Of a stretch of 64,000 nt of DNA, positions 32,457-42,139 are shown piece by piece (the stretch's first letter is position 1; every line of letters begins with the position of its first letter). This DNA comes from Candidatus Omnitrophota bacterium (GTDB lineage Bacteria; Omnitrophota; Gorgyraeia; 2-01-FULL-45-10): assembly GCA_026387175.1 (NCBI GenBank), contig JAPLME010000006.1:44078-108077 (forward strand). Reading direction: 5' to 3'. Both the position numbers and the translations under genes were made by a program. A model generated the notes under the pieces. The model saw only the letters and a program-made list of their open reading frames with translations, was not told where the DNA came from and ran no database searches.

Positions 32457-33832
32457 AATTTAATATCCTCTTTCAACATATAGGCGAGCCACAATACGAG
32501 AAGCGGCAGGAAATGGAGCAGAAACCTGCCCCAGGTCTTGCTCGCGAAGAATACCACATCTACATAGGATATCATATAAAAGACCACATACCCGCAAAAG
32601 GCCAATATAAGCGATATCGATATATATTTCTGCGCGCCGGTGAATATCTTCCTGTAATTGAATATCGCGGCAAATATCGCGATGGGCCACAACAGGATCC
32701 ACTTCTTCGGGCCAAATAGCTGCTTCTGGAGCTCATAAAATATCGGCCCTAATTTAGGAAGCTGTTTCAATAGATACACAGGGTTCAGGTTAAGCAGGTT
32801 TATCTCGTCGTTCACGATCCCGAACCTCGCCTTTATCCATATCCACGGCGCGAGGATGATTCCGATCACGGCAAGATAGAGGATCGGAGCATAAATCGTC
32901 TTTACGGAAGTTTCTTTACGGGTCGTAATGGAAAGATAAATCACAAGAGATGCGTTTATCGCGCAATATAGCATACCCTCATTCTTCGTCCATCCGGCAA
33001 GGGCCACCATCACCGCCGACACAGCCAAAAACCGCAGGTCCTTCCTGTCCTCGATCCAGGCCAGGAGAAAGACGGCGCTCGCGAAGTAGTAGAAAGCTAG
33101 CGGCAACTCCTGATAAGCGTTGGCCGCGTAAGAATTAAACATCGGAATGCTTGCCAGCAGGAATGTGAAGACGAGCGCGTATGTACGGCTAGCGAAGCGC
33201 CTTATGGCGAAATATAGAACCGAGAGTATTCCCAGAAAGAATAACGGAAAGATGATCTTGACCAATTGGTCGTTCAGATTCCGCATTGCCAGATACATAA
33301 AAGTTTCGGTAAGCGGTATGTTCAGCGGATAGTCCGGATGCGGAAAACCGTGGACAAGGCTGGGAAAATAAGTATCGGGTATAGCCTTAGCCAGAAAAAA
33401 TATCTTCGACTTTATAGCATATATGGCTACAGCATCATAAGCCTCAATAGGCTTGATGAGCGCTCTGAAAAAAGCATATACCACCTCAAGCGTTATACCT
33501 GACGCCAGAAAGATATTCAAAAATCGATTTTTCTCATCGCTTACCGGAGGCTGATCGGCAAAGATAAACCTGCTGCCGGACTTTACATACCGGTACGCAT
33601 TTATCGCTACAAGAAAAGCCCACGGAATCAATATTCCGGAGATGCTGAACTTCAGGCCAAGTAAATAAAATAGGAGCATCTCGAGAGATATGAATCCGAC
33701 TCCCAAGGCATACGAGATGAAAGCCGTTTCTGTAAGATATAGCCTATTGAACCCTCCGGCGATCAAATACAGGATGTTAAACCCTATAAATGCGGCGGTT
33801 ATTAAGACAGTGGCTAAACTGATAAGTTCCAA
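32453..33832 (-). CDS. Polytopic membrane protein, probable GT-C (ArnT/PMT-like) glycosyltransferase
   Basis: About 13 TM segments; loop motifs AYDA, HPDYP and WTKNEG typical of GT-C-like proteins. Confidence 0.6.
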   Translation of the reverse strand: MELISLATVLITAAFIGFNILYLIAGGFNRLYLTETAFISYALGVGFISLEMLLFYLLGLKFSISGILIPWAFLVAINAYRYVKSGSRFIFADQPPVSDEKNRFLNIFLASGITLEVVYAFFRALIKPIEAYDAVAIYAIKSKIFFLAKAIPDTYFPSLVHGFPHPDYPLNIPLTETFMYLAMRNLNDQLVKIIFPLFFLGILSVLYFAIRRFASRTYALVFTFLLASIPMFNSYAANAYQELPLAFYYFASAVFLLAWIEDRKDLRFLAVSAVMVALAGWTKNEGMLYCAINASLVIYLSITTRKETSVKTIYAPILYLAVIGIILAPWIWIKARFGIVNDEINLLNLNPVYLLKQLPKLGPIFYELQKQLFGPKKWILLWPIAIFAAIFNYRKIFTGAQKYISISLILAFCGYVVFYMISYVDVVFFASKTWGRFLLHFLPLLVLWLAYMLKEDIKL

Positions 33833-33845
33833 AGGCGTTATTCCT

Positions 33846-34211
33846 TTACCTTACTCTCTTCATAGTGTATGATTTCGCATCTATAACAAAATCCGGATCG
33901 GCACTCCTGAGGCGAGGATAGAGATAATAGACCGCTCTCCTCGATTCCATGTCGCCCTCTTCTAGGCCTTCGATCTTATATGTGCTATTTTCAGGCATCT
34001 TCGATTTGCAGTAGACTAAAAATTCGTATAGCTTGTCACCAGTAACGTAAGCATGTTTACCCTCGAGGGTCCTCGTTAAGAGAGCCTTGTAGTCATTGAT
34101 ATTCTTCTTCACGAATAGCTCTCTCGCAAAAAAGCCTATCCAGAGTGCAACCCAGGCGGCGAAAAACGCTTTTAAGATTGCTTCGGTCACTTCGTTCCCT
34201 CGCAATGACAT
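33846..34211 (-). CDS. Hypothetical membrane-anchored protein
   Basis: One N-terminal TM segment and a YYLYP motif; tightly packed in the operon; first 12 codons derive from a palindromic repeat. Confidence 0.6.
   Translation of the reverse strand: MSLRGNEVTEAILKAFFAAWVALWIGFFARELFVKKNINDYKALLTRTLEGKHAYVTGDKLYEFLVYCKSKMPENSTYKIEGLEEGDMESRRAVYYLYPRLRSADPDFVIDAKSYTMKRVR
34175..34210. repeat. REP/RPE-like palindrome (TGTCATTGCGAG...GAAGCAATCT)
   Basis: Minus strand reads TGTCATTGCGAGGGAACGAAGTGACCGAAGCAATCT, with ATTGC/GCAAT arms; resembles the widespread GTCATTGCGAG...GAAGCAATC repeat family (from recall). Confidence 0.7.
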
Positions 34212-35593
34212 TAACTTGCCACTATCCAGCGCACAAAGCGCCGGGCTAAAAATCCGAAATGTTTTACCGACTGTATCGACTTCAGCTGGTACAGTATGAT
34301 ATGCGACCTCAAATAAAATTTAGCGAAGGCCAGGCGGTGCAGGCTCTTCAGCTCTTTTCTTGTTATTCCACGAGGCACGTAAGCGGCATTTGTAAAATAA
34401 AACCGTTCCCAGTCCACATCCTTTAATTCTCCGCTCGCCAATAGCTTTTCATAGCTCTCCGTTCCGGGAAACGGCAGATATGTGAAAAAGTTGGCCCTCT
34501 TGAGCGGAAGCTCCACGGCGAAATCTATGGTCTGTTTGATAGTCGCCACTGTCTCGTCGGGAAATCCCAGTATGAAGAAGCCCGCTATATCTATGCCCGC
34601 CCTGTCGATCCTGTTAACGCATTCCCTTATCTTGGCCACGGTGATATTTTTTTTCATGGCTCTTAGTACTTCATCCGAGCCGGACTCGATCCCAAGCGAT
34701 ATCATGTATAGCCCCGTCTCTTTCATCAGGGCCAGAAGCTCATCATCGAGCGCGTCCATCCTGACGCCGTTAGGGACGGCCCATGTCATGCCCAGATCCA
34801 GCTCCTTCAGCTTCCGTAAAAGATCCTTCGCATACTCTTTATCCATCGTAAAATTGTCGTCGATTATATGGAATTCCTTTATTCCGAAATCTTTATTGAG
34901 CATCTTTATCTCGCCCAGAACGTTATCGATGGACCTGCGACGTATCTTCCTTCCGGAGACTATCTTGCCGGCGCAAAATGTGCAGGAATAGGGGCAGCCT
35001 CTCGTAACCATGATGGGCGCTATCGGAAACTGCTTAAAGAAAGCGCCATGCTGCGACTCCGGATACTCCTGTGGCTTTATAAGATCCCAGGCCGGAAGCC
35101 CAAGGCTATCCAGGTCATCCACGATTATCTTAGGATTTATCTTTATAGCGCCGCCTTCCCTGAATCCGAGGCCCGGTATTCCGGAGAAATCCTTTGGCCC
35201 CTTCTCGACCGCGTTCACAAGCTGAGGGAATCCTTTCTCCGCCTCGCCGACAAATAGAAAATCGAGGTCCTTCTCGGCCTTGAGCGTTGCCTCCGGCAGG
35301 GCCGAAGAGTGCGGCCCACCTATTACGGTCACGATATCTTTATTGAGGTTTTTTGCCGCGCGGAGCGCCAGCCTTATGAACGGAAGGTCGAACGTATAAC
35401 ATTGCAGCCCGAGGATATCCGGGTTATGCTCTTTAAGGATAGGCACAAATTTATCGATCGTGAGATTATCCTTGATGCAGTCCAGGAGCATTACATCATG
35501 CTCTTTCCTGATCGCGCTCGCCAGGTATCCCAGGCCGAGAGACGGCTGGATATGATCGCTCTGATTATAAGGCTTAACCAGAAGTACTTTCAT
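34211..35593 (-). CDS. Cobalamin-binding radical SAM protein (class B methyltransferase-like) 1
   Basis: PSLGLGYLAS, IGGPH, GEAE, TRGCPYSCTFC, DDNFT, GIESGS, FILGFPDET; start set at 35593. Confidence 0.9.
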   Translation of the reverse strand: MKVLLVKPYNQSDHIQPSLGLGYLASAIRKEHDVMLLDCIKDNLTIDKFVPILKEHNPDILGLQCYTFDLPFIRLALRAAKNLNKDIVTVIGGPHSSALPEATLKAEKDLDFLFVGEAEKGFPQLVNAVEKGPKDFSGIPGLGFREGGAIKINPKIIVDDLDSLGLPAWDLIKPQEYPESQHGAFFKQFPIAPIMVTRGCPYSCTFCAGKIVSGRKIRRRSIDNVLGEIKMLNKDFGIKEFHIIDDNFTMDKEYAKDLLRKLKELDLGMTWAVPNGVRMDALDDELLALMKETGLYMISLGIESGSDEVLRAMKKNITVAKIRECVNRIDRAGIDIAGFFILGFPDETVATIKQTIDFAVELPLKRANFFTYLPFPGTESYEKLLASGELKDVDWERFYFTNAAYVPRGITRKELKSLHRLAFAKFYLRSHIILYQLKSIQSVKHFGFLARRFVRWIVAS

Positions 35594-35597
35594 GAGC

Positions 35598-36296
35598 TCA
35601 GTTAACAAACCTGTATTTAATGATCGCCCAGAGCGCGCCGAAACCGTGTTTCCAGGATATCTTCTTCCCTTCGGCATAACTTCTGCCGTAATAGGATATC
35701 GGCATCTCATAAATCCTCAAGGACTTATCCTTCAGGATCTTCGCGGTAAGCTCGGGCTCGACCGAAAAATCGTTCGACTTTATATCTATACCATCTATGA
35801 CCTTCTTTCGGAACATCTTATAGCACGTCTCGATATCTGATAATGTGGAGTTATATAAGAAGTTCATCATGAACGTAAGGAAGCTGTTCCCTATCTTGTG
35901 CCAGAACATATGCACACGCTGCGGCTTGCCGCCCGACAGCCTGGAGCCGTAGACAACATCGGCCATACCATCCTCTATCGGAGCAGCCATCTCCACAAAC
36001 TCGTTCGGATCGTACTCGAGGTCCGCATCCTGCACGGTGACTATCTCGCCTGTAGCAGCCTTAAAGCCCGTCCGCAATGCCGCGCCTTTGCCGCTATTCT
36101 TTTCATGGAGCACTACTTTCACTCTGGGATCAGCTGCGACTTTCGCCAGGACATCTCTCGTGCCGTCCGTGGACCCGTCATCGACTATTATCAGCTCTTT
36201 CACCATGTCGAGCTTCAACACTTTATCCATTATCTTCGTGACCGTATTCTTTTCGTTATAGACGGGCATCACGACCGACAGGATCTTCTCTCGCAT
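35598..36296 (-). CDS. GT2, polyprenol-phosphate glycosyltransferase (DPM1-like)
   Basis: MPVYNE, VDDGSTDGT, GKGAA, QDADLEYDP, YGSR, DIETCYK, EGKKI. Confidence 0.9.
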   Translation of the reverse strand: MREKILSVVMPVYNEKNTVTKIMDKVLKLDMVKELIIVDDGSTDGTRDVLAKVAADPRVKVVLHEKNSGKGAALRTGFKAATGEIVTVQDADLEYDPNEFVEMAAPIEDGMADVVYGSRLSGGKPQRVHMFWHKIGNSFLTFMMNFLYNSTLSDIETCYKMFRKKVIDGIDIKSNDFSVEPELTAKILKDKSLRIYEMPISYYGRSYAEGKKISWKHGFGALWAIIKYRFVN

Positions 36297-36313
36297 AATT
36301 CACGTCCTTTTAA

Positions 36314-37387
36314 TTAAAATACTTTCGATTTCCGCTCTAAAAGCGTTAACAGGCTCTCCTTATCCGGGCCGACGATAACGTCCGCGCCGTGCAGGCTCTT
36401 TGTGATATTCAACAGCCTTCCGAAGGATCTATTATCCGTCAACAGGACCTCAACTTTCTTCTTCTTTTTACGCTTCAGTATCTTGTATATCGACGCAACG
36501 CCGAACAGCAAGGGGTTGACATCCACCCGCCTTATATCAAAATGATCGATGGTTACGGGCCAATTCAACCCTTTCTTCAGGAATATCATGATCTGATGCC
36601 CATGTCTCGCCACGCTTGTAGCGATCTCATCGGCCTTCTCATTGGACAACGGCCCGTCTATGAAATATCCTACCCTCACATGCCTTCCCCACCGCTCAAA
36701 AAATATTTTCTCGTTATCACTGAAGAGGTCTTTGTTATTCTTCAAAGTCCTGAAGCTCACATTTTCCTTATGATATACGTACGCCGCCTTGGCGCGTGCC
36801 GTCTTATAACCGAGTGCCTGCGCTCTCTTGCAGTAATCCGTATCGTCAAAGTATCCGACATGGTAGATCTCGTCGAGGAGGCCGACGCGCTTGATCGCTT
36901 CTTTGGTGACCAGCATGCAGAAACCGCGGCATGTGTAGAGTTCCTGTATCTGTCCTTTGAACCCCTTCAAGGTGAGAGCATACTCATCTATCGACCTTTC
37001 TCCCGGGAACTGCCCGGACGTATTACTCGACGGGTTCAATAGTCCGATGGACGGGTTCGCCTCAATAACGTCCACCATCTCTTCGAGCCAGCCGGATGCG
37101 GCGATCGTATCGTTATTCATGATGCACAGGTAAGGCGCGTCCGAAACGACCACGCCCTGGTTCACCGCCTTTACGAATCCTAGGTTCTTATCGTTCCGTA
37201 TCAATAGAAGGTCCAGGCCCTTATTCTCTTTAAGGCCCGAGAGATAGCTTTCGGTCGGGGCCTCGCTTCCGTTATCGATGACTATGAGCCTGTAAGGATA
37301 ATTCGTATTCTTCAATATCGAATCTATGCACTCGCGCGTCACTTCGAGCTGATTCCAGACGGGAATTATAATATCGCACTTACTCAT
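36314..37387 (-). CDS. GT2 glycosyltransferase with C-terminal extra domain
   Basis: IIIPVWNQ, IDNGS, GFVKAVNQG, MNNDT, GYFDDTDY. Confidence 0.88.
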   Translation of the reverse strand: MSKCDIIIPVWNQLEVTRECIDSILKNTNYPYRLIVIDNGSEAPTESYLSGLKENKGLDLLLIRNDKNLGFVKAVNQGVVVSDAPYLCIMNNDTIAASGWLEEMVDVIEANPSIGLLNPSSNTSGQFPGERSIDEYALTLKGFKGQIQELYTCRGFCMLVTKEAIKRVGLLDEIYHVGYFDDTDYCKRAQALGYKTARAKAAYVYHKENVSFRTLKNNKDLFSDNEKIFFERWGRHVRVGYFIDGPLSNEKADEIATSVARHGHQIMIFLKKGLNWPVTIDHFDIRRVDVNPLLFGVASIYKILKRKKKKKVEVLLTDNRSFGRLLNITKSLHGADVIVGPDKESLLTLLERKSKVF

Positions 37388-38147
37388 CTTTCTTCACAAG
37401 CTCCCAGTACTTCGCCCATTTTAAAAAATTGATGAACGCGAACAGGATCCCGAAGATAAGCCCGTAAATGCCTTCTTTATACCCCTGTTTCTTCACATAA
37501 GACTTCCAGAATATTTTGAATGTCTTGTTCACAAGGGCCTTCTTTATCAGGCGCTCGCTTAATATGCCTTCAGTTTCGAGCATCTTTTTGGCCGCGATAC
37601 CGGCATACCTGTTCTGCCTTTGAACAAATTGATCGATCGAATCGAATGGATAATGATTTACATCAGCGTCGATCACGCCCATAGCGCCTTCATATACCGG
37701 CACCTCATGAACTTCACCTTTGTACTTAACATGTTTCCTATTAACCAGGTTGGGTATGTAATGATGGAACCCGCCATGGTCCATCGAGTGGCCTAAGAAG
37801 AAGTTTCTCCTCCTGAATTTATAAATTACTACATCTTCGTTTCCGGAGAGTGCCTTCTCCAGCTTCTTCCTGAAACTATCCGTAACGACGTCATCGGCGT
37901 CTATATGGAGAACCCAATCGTGCTTCGCATTATCGTTGCCTACATTCCGCTCATCGGCGAATGATCCGGAAAATTTATGATCGACTACGCGAGCGCCTAG
38001 CGACTTCGCTATCTCAATGGTCTTGTCCGTGCTGAAACCGTCAACCACGACTATATCATCCGCCCAGATGACGTTCTCAAGGCACTTGGCAATACGCTTC
38101 TCTTCGTTCTTAGTGATAATCGCTACAGTGATCTTAATCTTTTCCAT
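37380..38147 (-). CDS. GT2 glycosyltransferase (WaaE/LgtF-like)
   Basis: ITKNEE, VDGFSTDKT, IDADD, VHE, GYKEG; start set at 38147. Confidence 0.88.
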   Translation of the reverse strand: MEKIKITVAIITKNEEKRIAKCLENVIWADDIVVVDGFSTDKTIEIAKSLGARVVDHKFSGSFADERNVGNDNAKHDWVLHIDADDVVTDSFRKKLEKALSGNEDVVIYKFRRRNFFLGHSMDHGGFHHYIPNLVNRKHVKYKGEVHEVPVYEGAMGVIDADVNHYPFDSIDQFVQRQNRYAGIAAKKMLETEGILSERLIKKALVNKTFKIFWKSYVKKQGYKEGIYGLIFGILFAFINFLKWAKYWELVKKDE

Positions 38148-38931
38148 GACAGCAGCAGCAACTCTCCTTCTTAGGTTCATTGTCGAGCATCTCTTTATAC
38201 TTCACGTAACTCATAAATTGATATAGCGCGCCCGCCCACGAAATAGTAAATCCCAGGAGGCCGTCTTTGAACCCGCCCTTCTGTACATACCCTTTCAGAA
38301 ATCGCGAGAGGCCTTTGCGGTACATCTTTATAAAATTAATATTACGGCGCTCCTTATACCACTTCTTTGCCTCGAGCGTTGTCTGGTTATTTATGCTTAC
38401 AAAGAAATCATGAAAATCCCTGTAAGAATAATGAATGATATCCTTCTTGAGATGGCCGCACGTGCCGTCGATAAATACCCTTGGGTGGACCTCCGCTTCC
38501 TCATATTTGAAGAAACGCTTATCGAAGAGCCTGACCTTCGCGGCAGGATACCAGCCGCTATGCCTTATCCACCTCTTACCCAGATATGACTTAATGGGTA
38601 TGGTATAGGCCTTATCTTTCATCTCGCCTTTCAATAGATTCGTAATCTCTTCGGCGAGCTCCGGAGTAACGCGCTCGTCCGCGTCCAGGCTGAGCACCCA
38701 ATTGTTCTTCGCGAGCGAGTAGGCGTAATTCCTGTGTTTGCCCTCTATGTCCATCTTACGGCTGAACACTTTGTCCGTAAACCCTTTGGCTATCTTCACG
38801 GTATCATCAGTGCTGGCATCGTCGAGGATTATGATCTCATCCGCCCATGACGCGCTCTCGAGACAGGCCGCTATGTTATCCTCTTCATTCTTCGTGATCA
38901 CTACAATTGAGACAGGCGCTTTACCGGGCAT
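38134..38931 (-). CDS. GT2 glycosyltransferase (WaaE/LgtF-like)
   Basis: ITKNEE, DDASTDDT, LDADER, GWYP, GFKDG. Confidence 0.88.
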   Translation of the reverse strand: MPGKAPVSIVVITKNEEDNIAACLESASWADEIIILDDASTDDTVKIAKGFTDKVFSRKMDIEGKHRNYAYSLAKNNWVLSLDADERVTPELAEEITNLLKGEMKDKAYTIPIKSYLGKRWIRHSGWYPAAKVRLFDKRFFKYEEAEVHPRVFIDGTCGHLKKDIIHYSYRDFHDFFVSINNQTTLEAKKWYKERRNINFIKMYRKGLSRFLKGYVQKGGFKDGLLGFTISWAGALYQFMSYVKYKEMLDNEPKKESCCCCHGKD

Positions 38932-38932
38932 C

Positions 38933-39946
38933 TTAATAGTACCTCACTTTCGCTTTATGGATAAATGAAAGGGCATCTAAAAACTTCCAGAATTTCTGGC
39001 CTCCTACGAATATCTCGCTGAAACGCTTCTTCTTCGTCAGTATCTTGAACGCCGTATTCATATAAAAATTATTCTTATCCGCCGTCACCATAGTTATATT
39101 GGAATGGACGGGCATCTTCACTTCGTCTTTAGCGAAGAACCATACCCAGTTACCGTCCCTGGCAAGCTTGATGGAATCCATCTCCAGCCTCTTCAGGATA
39201 TTGACGTCGTAAAGGTCGAGAATATAAGCGATCCTTTTGGGCTTGCCCCACCTGAACTCGAATATCTCTTTATTCCTGTTAAAATCTTCATCAAACGTCT
39301 TCACCTTTCCAAAGGAAGAGCTCTCCCTGTGATATACATATGCGCCGCATGCCCTGACGCACCTGTATCCTTCTTTGACGGCTTTACGCGAGAAGTCTGT
39401 ATCCTCGAAATTGCCCATCCCGTATATCTCGTCAAAGAGTCCTATCTTTCTTATTAACTCGCGTTTGATCAGCATGCAGAACCCTATCGCCGCGCCGAGT
39501 TCCACAGATCGGCCGGAAAGCCGCCTGATCTTTTCGGCATAGAGGTCCACCGGTTCCCCATCCGCCGGCTTCTGGCCCAGATTATTGCTCGACGGATTCA
39601 CTATCCCTATATCGGCCGAACTGTCGGCGACAGCTATCATCTCCTTTAGCCAGTCTTTTGTAACGATCGTATCGTTATTCAGAAGGCAGAGGAATGGGGC
39701 CTCCGAAGCGGTCATGCCCTGGTTAACGGCCCTCACAAAACCTAAATTTTCACTATTCCTGATCAGTCTAAGCGGCAGCTCGCCGGATGCCTTGAGGCCT
39801 TCGAGATAATTTACGGTCTCCTCGCCGCTTGCGTTATCTATTACAATGAGCCCGTATTCACCGGGCGTATTCTTCCTGATCGAATCTATGCAATCTTTCG
39901 TAAAAGAGAGCTGATTCCAGACCGGTATTATTATATCACACTTCAT
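38933..39946 (-). CDS. GT2 glycosyltransferase with C-terminal extra domain
   Basis: IIIPVWNQ, IDNAS, GFVRAVNQG, LNNDT, GNFEDTDF. Confidence 0.88.
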   Translation of the reverse strand: MKCDIIIPVWNQLSFTKDCIDSIRKNTPGEYGLIVIDNASGEETVNYLEGLKASGELPLRLIRNSENLGFVRAVNQGMTASEAPFLCLLNNDTIVTKDWLKEMIAVADSSADIGIVNPSSNNLGQKPADGEPVDLYAEKIRRLSGRSVELGAAIGFCMLIKRELIRKIGLFDEIYGMGNFEDTDFSRKAVKEGYRCVRACGAYVYHRESSSFGKVKTFDEDFNRNKEIFEFRWGKPKRIAYILDLYDVNILKRLEMDSIKLARDGNWVWFFAKDEVKMPVHSNITMVTADKNNFYMNTAFKILTKKKRFSEIFVGGQKFWKFLDALSFIHKAKVRYY

Positions 39947-40992
39947 CTCGTATCCTTAGCCGCCGAATCGGCTATTTGGCAGACTCTATCCGCCCCTCTT
40001 TCGACATCGACGCAATGCACCGCCGGGCAGTCTCCGGATAATTTCATGGCGACTCCGGGGTTGTCGACGAACACCAGGTTATAGCGCTTAGCCTCTTTTT
40101 TAATAGAATTTATAAATAAGGTAAGCGATAATAACGCTCCCGGAAAGATTTTCGGGAAGATCCTCTCCCTTATATTTATGTGCCGTATTCCCAGAGGTTC
40201 GGCCAAATTCCATAAATAGACTATGTGCTGCCGTCTTGCAAGAAGGAGAAGCACATCTTTAAGGCGCTCCTTGTCCAAAGTTTTCGTAACTATAAAGACT
40301 ATCCTGAGCCTCCTGCCCCATTTCGAATAAAATAACTGTTTATTCTTTTCGTGAAGCTCCCGCCGGGCTTTGTCTTTAAAAACGGTTGAAAATGTAGAAT
40401 CCCTAATGTGCTCGACCACTATGTCATTGGCGCGAATACACCGAAAATTAGCGCGTATAGCTCTGACCGAGAAATCGTCATCATCATAATATCCCAGGCC
40501 GTATGCCTCATCCAGGCCGCCTATCTTGTCGATGACCGCCCTCTTTATCAGAACGCAGTAGCCCCTGCAAAAATCTATCTCGATATAAGGATATCTTTCC
40601 GCAATAGCGGCGTTCTTGGTCTCAAAACGCGGGTTCACGAGCCCGGCGCCGGGGTTCGCTTCGACGGCCGCTATCAACTTATAGAGCCATCCGGGCGTTC
40701 TCACGACCGTATCATTGTTCATAATGCAGATATAAGGGCCCGACGACATATTTATTCCCTGGTTGACGGCCTTTACCCATCCGAGGTTTGTCCCGTTCCG
40801 TATAAGCACGGAATTTCTATTCGTCCTGACAAACTCTTCCAGACACTTTCTTGTCTCTTCGCCGCTCGCGTTATCGATCAGTATCAAATGATACGGCGTA
40901 TCGGAATTATTGACGATGCTCTCCAGACAGTTCTTTGTAAGCGCGGCCTCGTTGAATACCGGTATTATGATGTCGACCGTCCTATCTGCCAT
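39943..40992 (-). CDS. GT2 glycosyltransferase with C-terminal extra domain
   Basis: IIIPVFN, IDNAS, KAVNQG, MNNDT, GYYDDDDF. Confidence 0.88.
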   Translation of the reverse strand: MADRTVDIIIPVFNEAALTKNCLESIVNNSDTPYHLILIDNASGEETRKCLEEFVRTNRNSVLIRNGTNLGWVKAVNQGINMSSGPYICIMNNDTVVRTPGWLYKLIAAVEANPGAGLVNPRFETKNAAIAERYPYIEIDFCRGYCVLIKRAVIDKIGGLDEAYGLGYYDDDDFSVRAIRANFRCIRANDIVVEHIRDSTFSTVFKDKARRELHEKNKQLFYSKWGRRLRIVFIVTKTLDKERLKDVLLLLARRQHIVYLWNLAEPLGIRHINIRERIFPKIFPGALLSLTLFINSIKKEAKRYNLVFVDNPGVAMKLSGDCPAVHCVDVERGADRVCQIADSAAKDTR

Positions 40993-42139
40993 CGCGTGTC
41001 TCTTTTACAGCCAAAGCGGTTTTTCGGCCTTCTTCCAGCCAATCGCACGCGCGTTTCAGCGAAGGCGGTTTTATTACAGACGATCCGGTCATTTTTGCTA
41101 TAGGATAAACAAGCCCGCCAGCCTTATCTTCGAAGGAGACTATAGCATCGAATCTCTTATCCTTCATACGTTTACGCAACCTCTCGATCATTTTCCCTGA
41201 GATTGTGAGATCGAATAATAACCGGGGGAGATTAAAATAGTCTATCCTTATATTCTGGTGCGGCGCAAGGCTCTTTTCCCTCATCGTCCCTTCTATTAAT
41301 TTTCTTATCGCGTCTTCGCCTTGCGCGGAATTGATCCATAGATGGACCCAGGACCATTCCCTGGCGAGGCCGTAGACATACTCTGTCAGCCCTGATATCT
41401 CGGCGCGATCGAGCGTATTGAGCGAGGATAAGACGCCTATGCGGAGATGCTTCCCCCACTTATCGTAATAAATCTTTTGGTTTCTCTTCACCCACTCTTC
41501 CCTGTTACCGGCCTTATCGAAGGAGGCATGAATGCGGTGGTAGACATAGGAGTCACGTATGGAGACAGACCTGTATCCCGCCTTATGGGCCCTTATCGAG
41601 TAATCTGTATCATCGTAGCCGCCTATGCCGAAAGCCTCATCCAGAACGCCTATCTTATCTATCAGCTCCCTTTTCACGAGCATACAGAAGCCCTGGCACT
41701 GGTTCATCTCCATATACTCGCCCTTATAGCGCTCGAGCGTCCGCGCATAAGCGTCGACTGAAGCATCGCTATGGCCGCCGCACTGGGGGTTTATAAGACC
41801 GACATCGGGATGGGTCTCGGCAAACTCCACCATACTCTCTAACCATCCGGGAGCCGGGATCGTATCATTGTTCATCATGCAAACGTAAGGAGCGCTGGAG
41901 ATCTTAAGTCCCTGGTTAACCGCCTTTATATATCCGGCGTTCCCCTTATTTCGTATAAGCACCGTCTTATCCGGGTTATCAGAGGCAAACTTGCGCAGGT
42001 ACTCTTCCGTATCTTTCTCGCTTGCGTTATCGATAAGAATAAGCCTGTAAGGATAGCGGGTATTTCGTAAGATATGCTCCAGGCAATCTTTGGTGAAAGA
42101 TAACTGGTTCCAGACAGGGATGATTATGTCGCACTTCAT
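40982..42139 (-). CDS. GT2 glycosyltransferase with C-terminal extra domain
   Basis: IIIPVWNQ, IDNAS, KAVNQG, MNNDT, GGYDDTDY. Confidence 0.88.
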   Translation of the reverse strand: MKCDIIIPVWNQLSFTKDCLEHILRNTRYPYRLILIDNASEKDTEEYLRKFASDNPDKTVLIRNKGNAGYIKAVNQGLKISSAPYVCMMNNDTIPAPGWLESMVEFAETHPDVGLINPQCGGHSDASVDAYARTLERYKGEYMEMNQCQGFCMLVKRELIDKIGVLDEAFGIGGYDDTDYSIRAHKAGYRSVSIRDSYVYHRIHASFDKAGNREEWVKRNQKIYYDKWGKHLRIGVLSSLNTLDRAEISGLTEYVYGLAREWSWVHLWINSAQGEDAIRKLIEGTMREKSLAPHQNIRIDYFNLPRLLFDLTISGKMIERLRKRMKDKRFDAIVSFEDKAGGLVYPIAKMTGSSVIKPPSLKRACDWLEEGRKTALAVKETRDGR

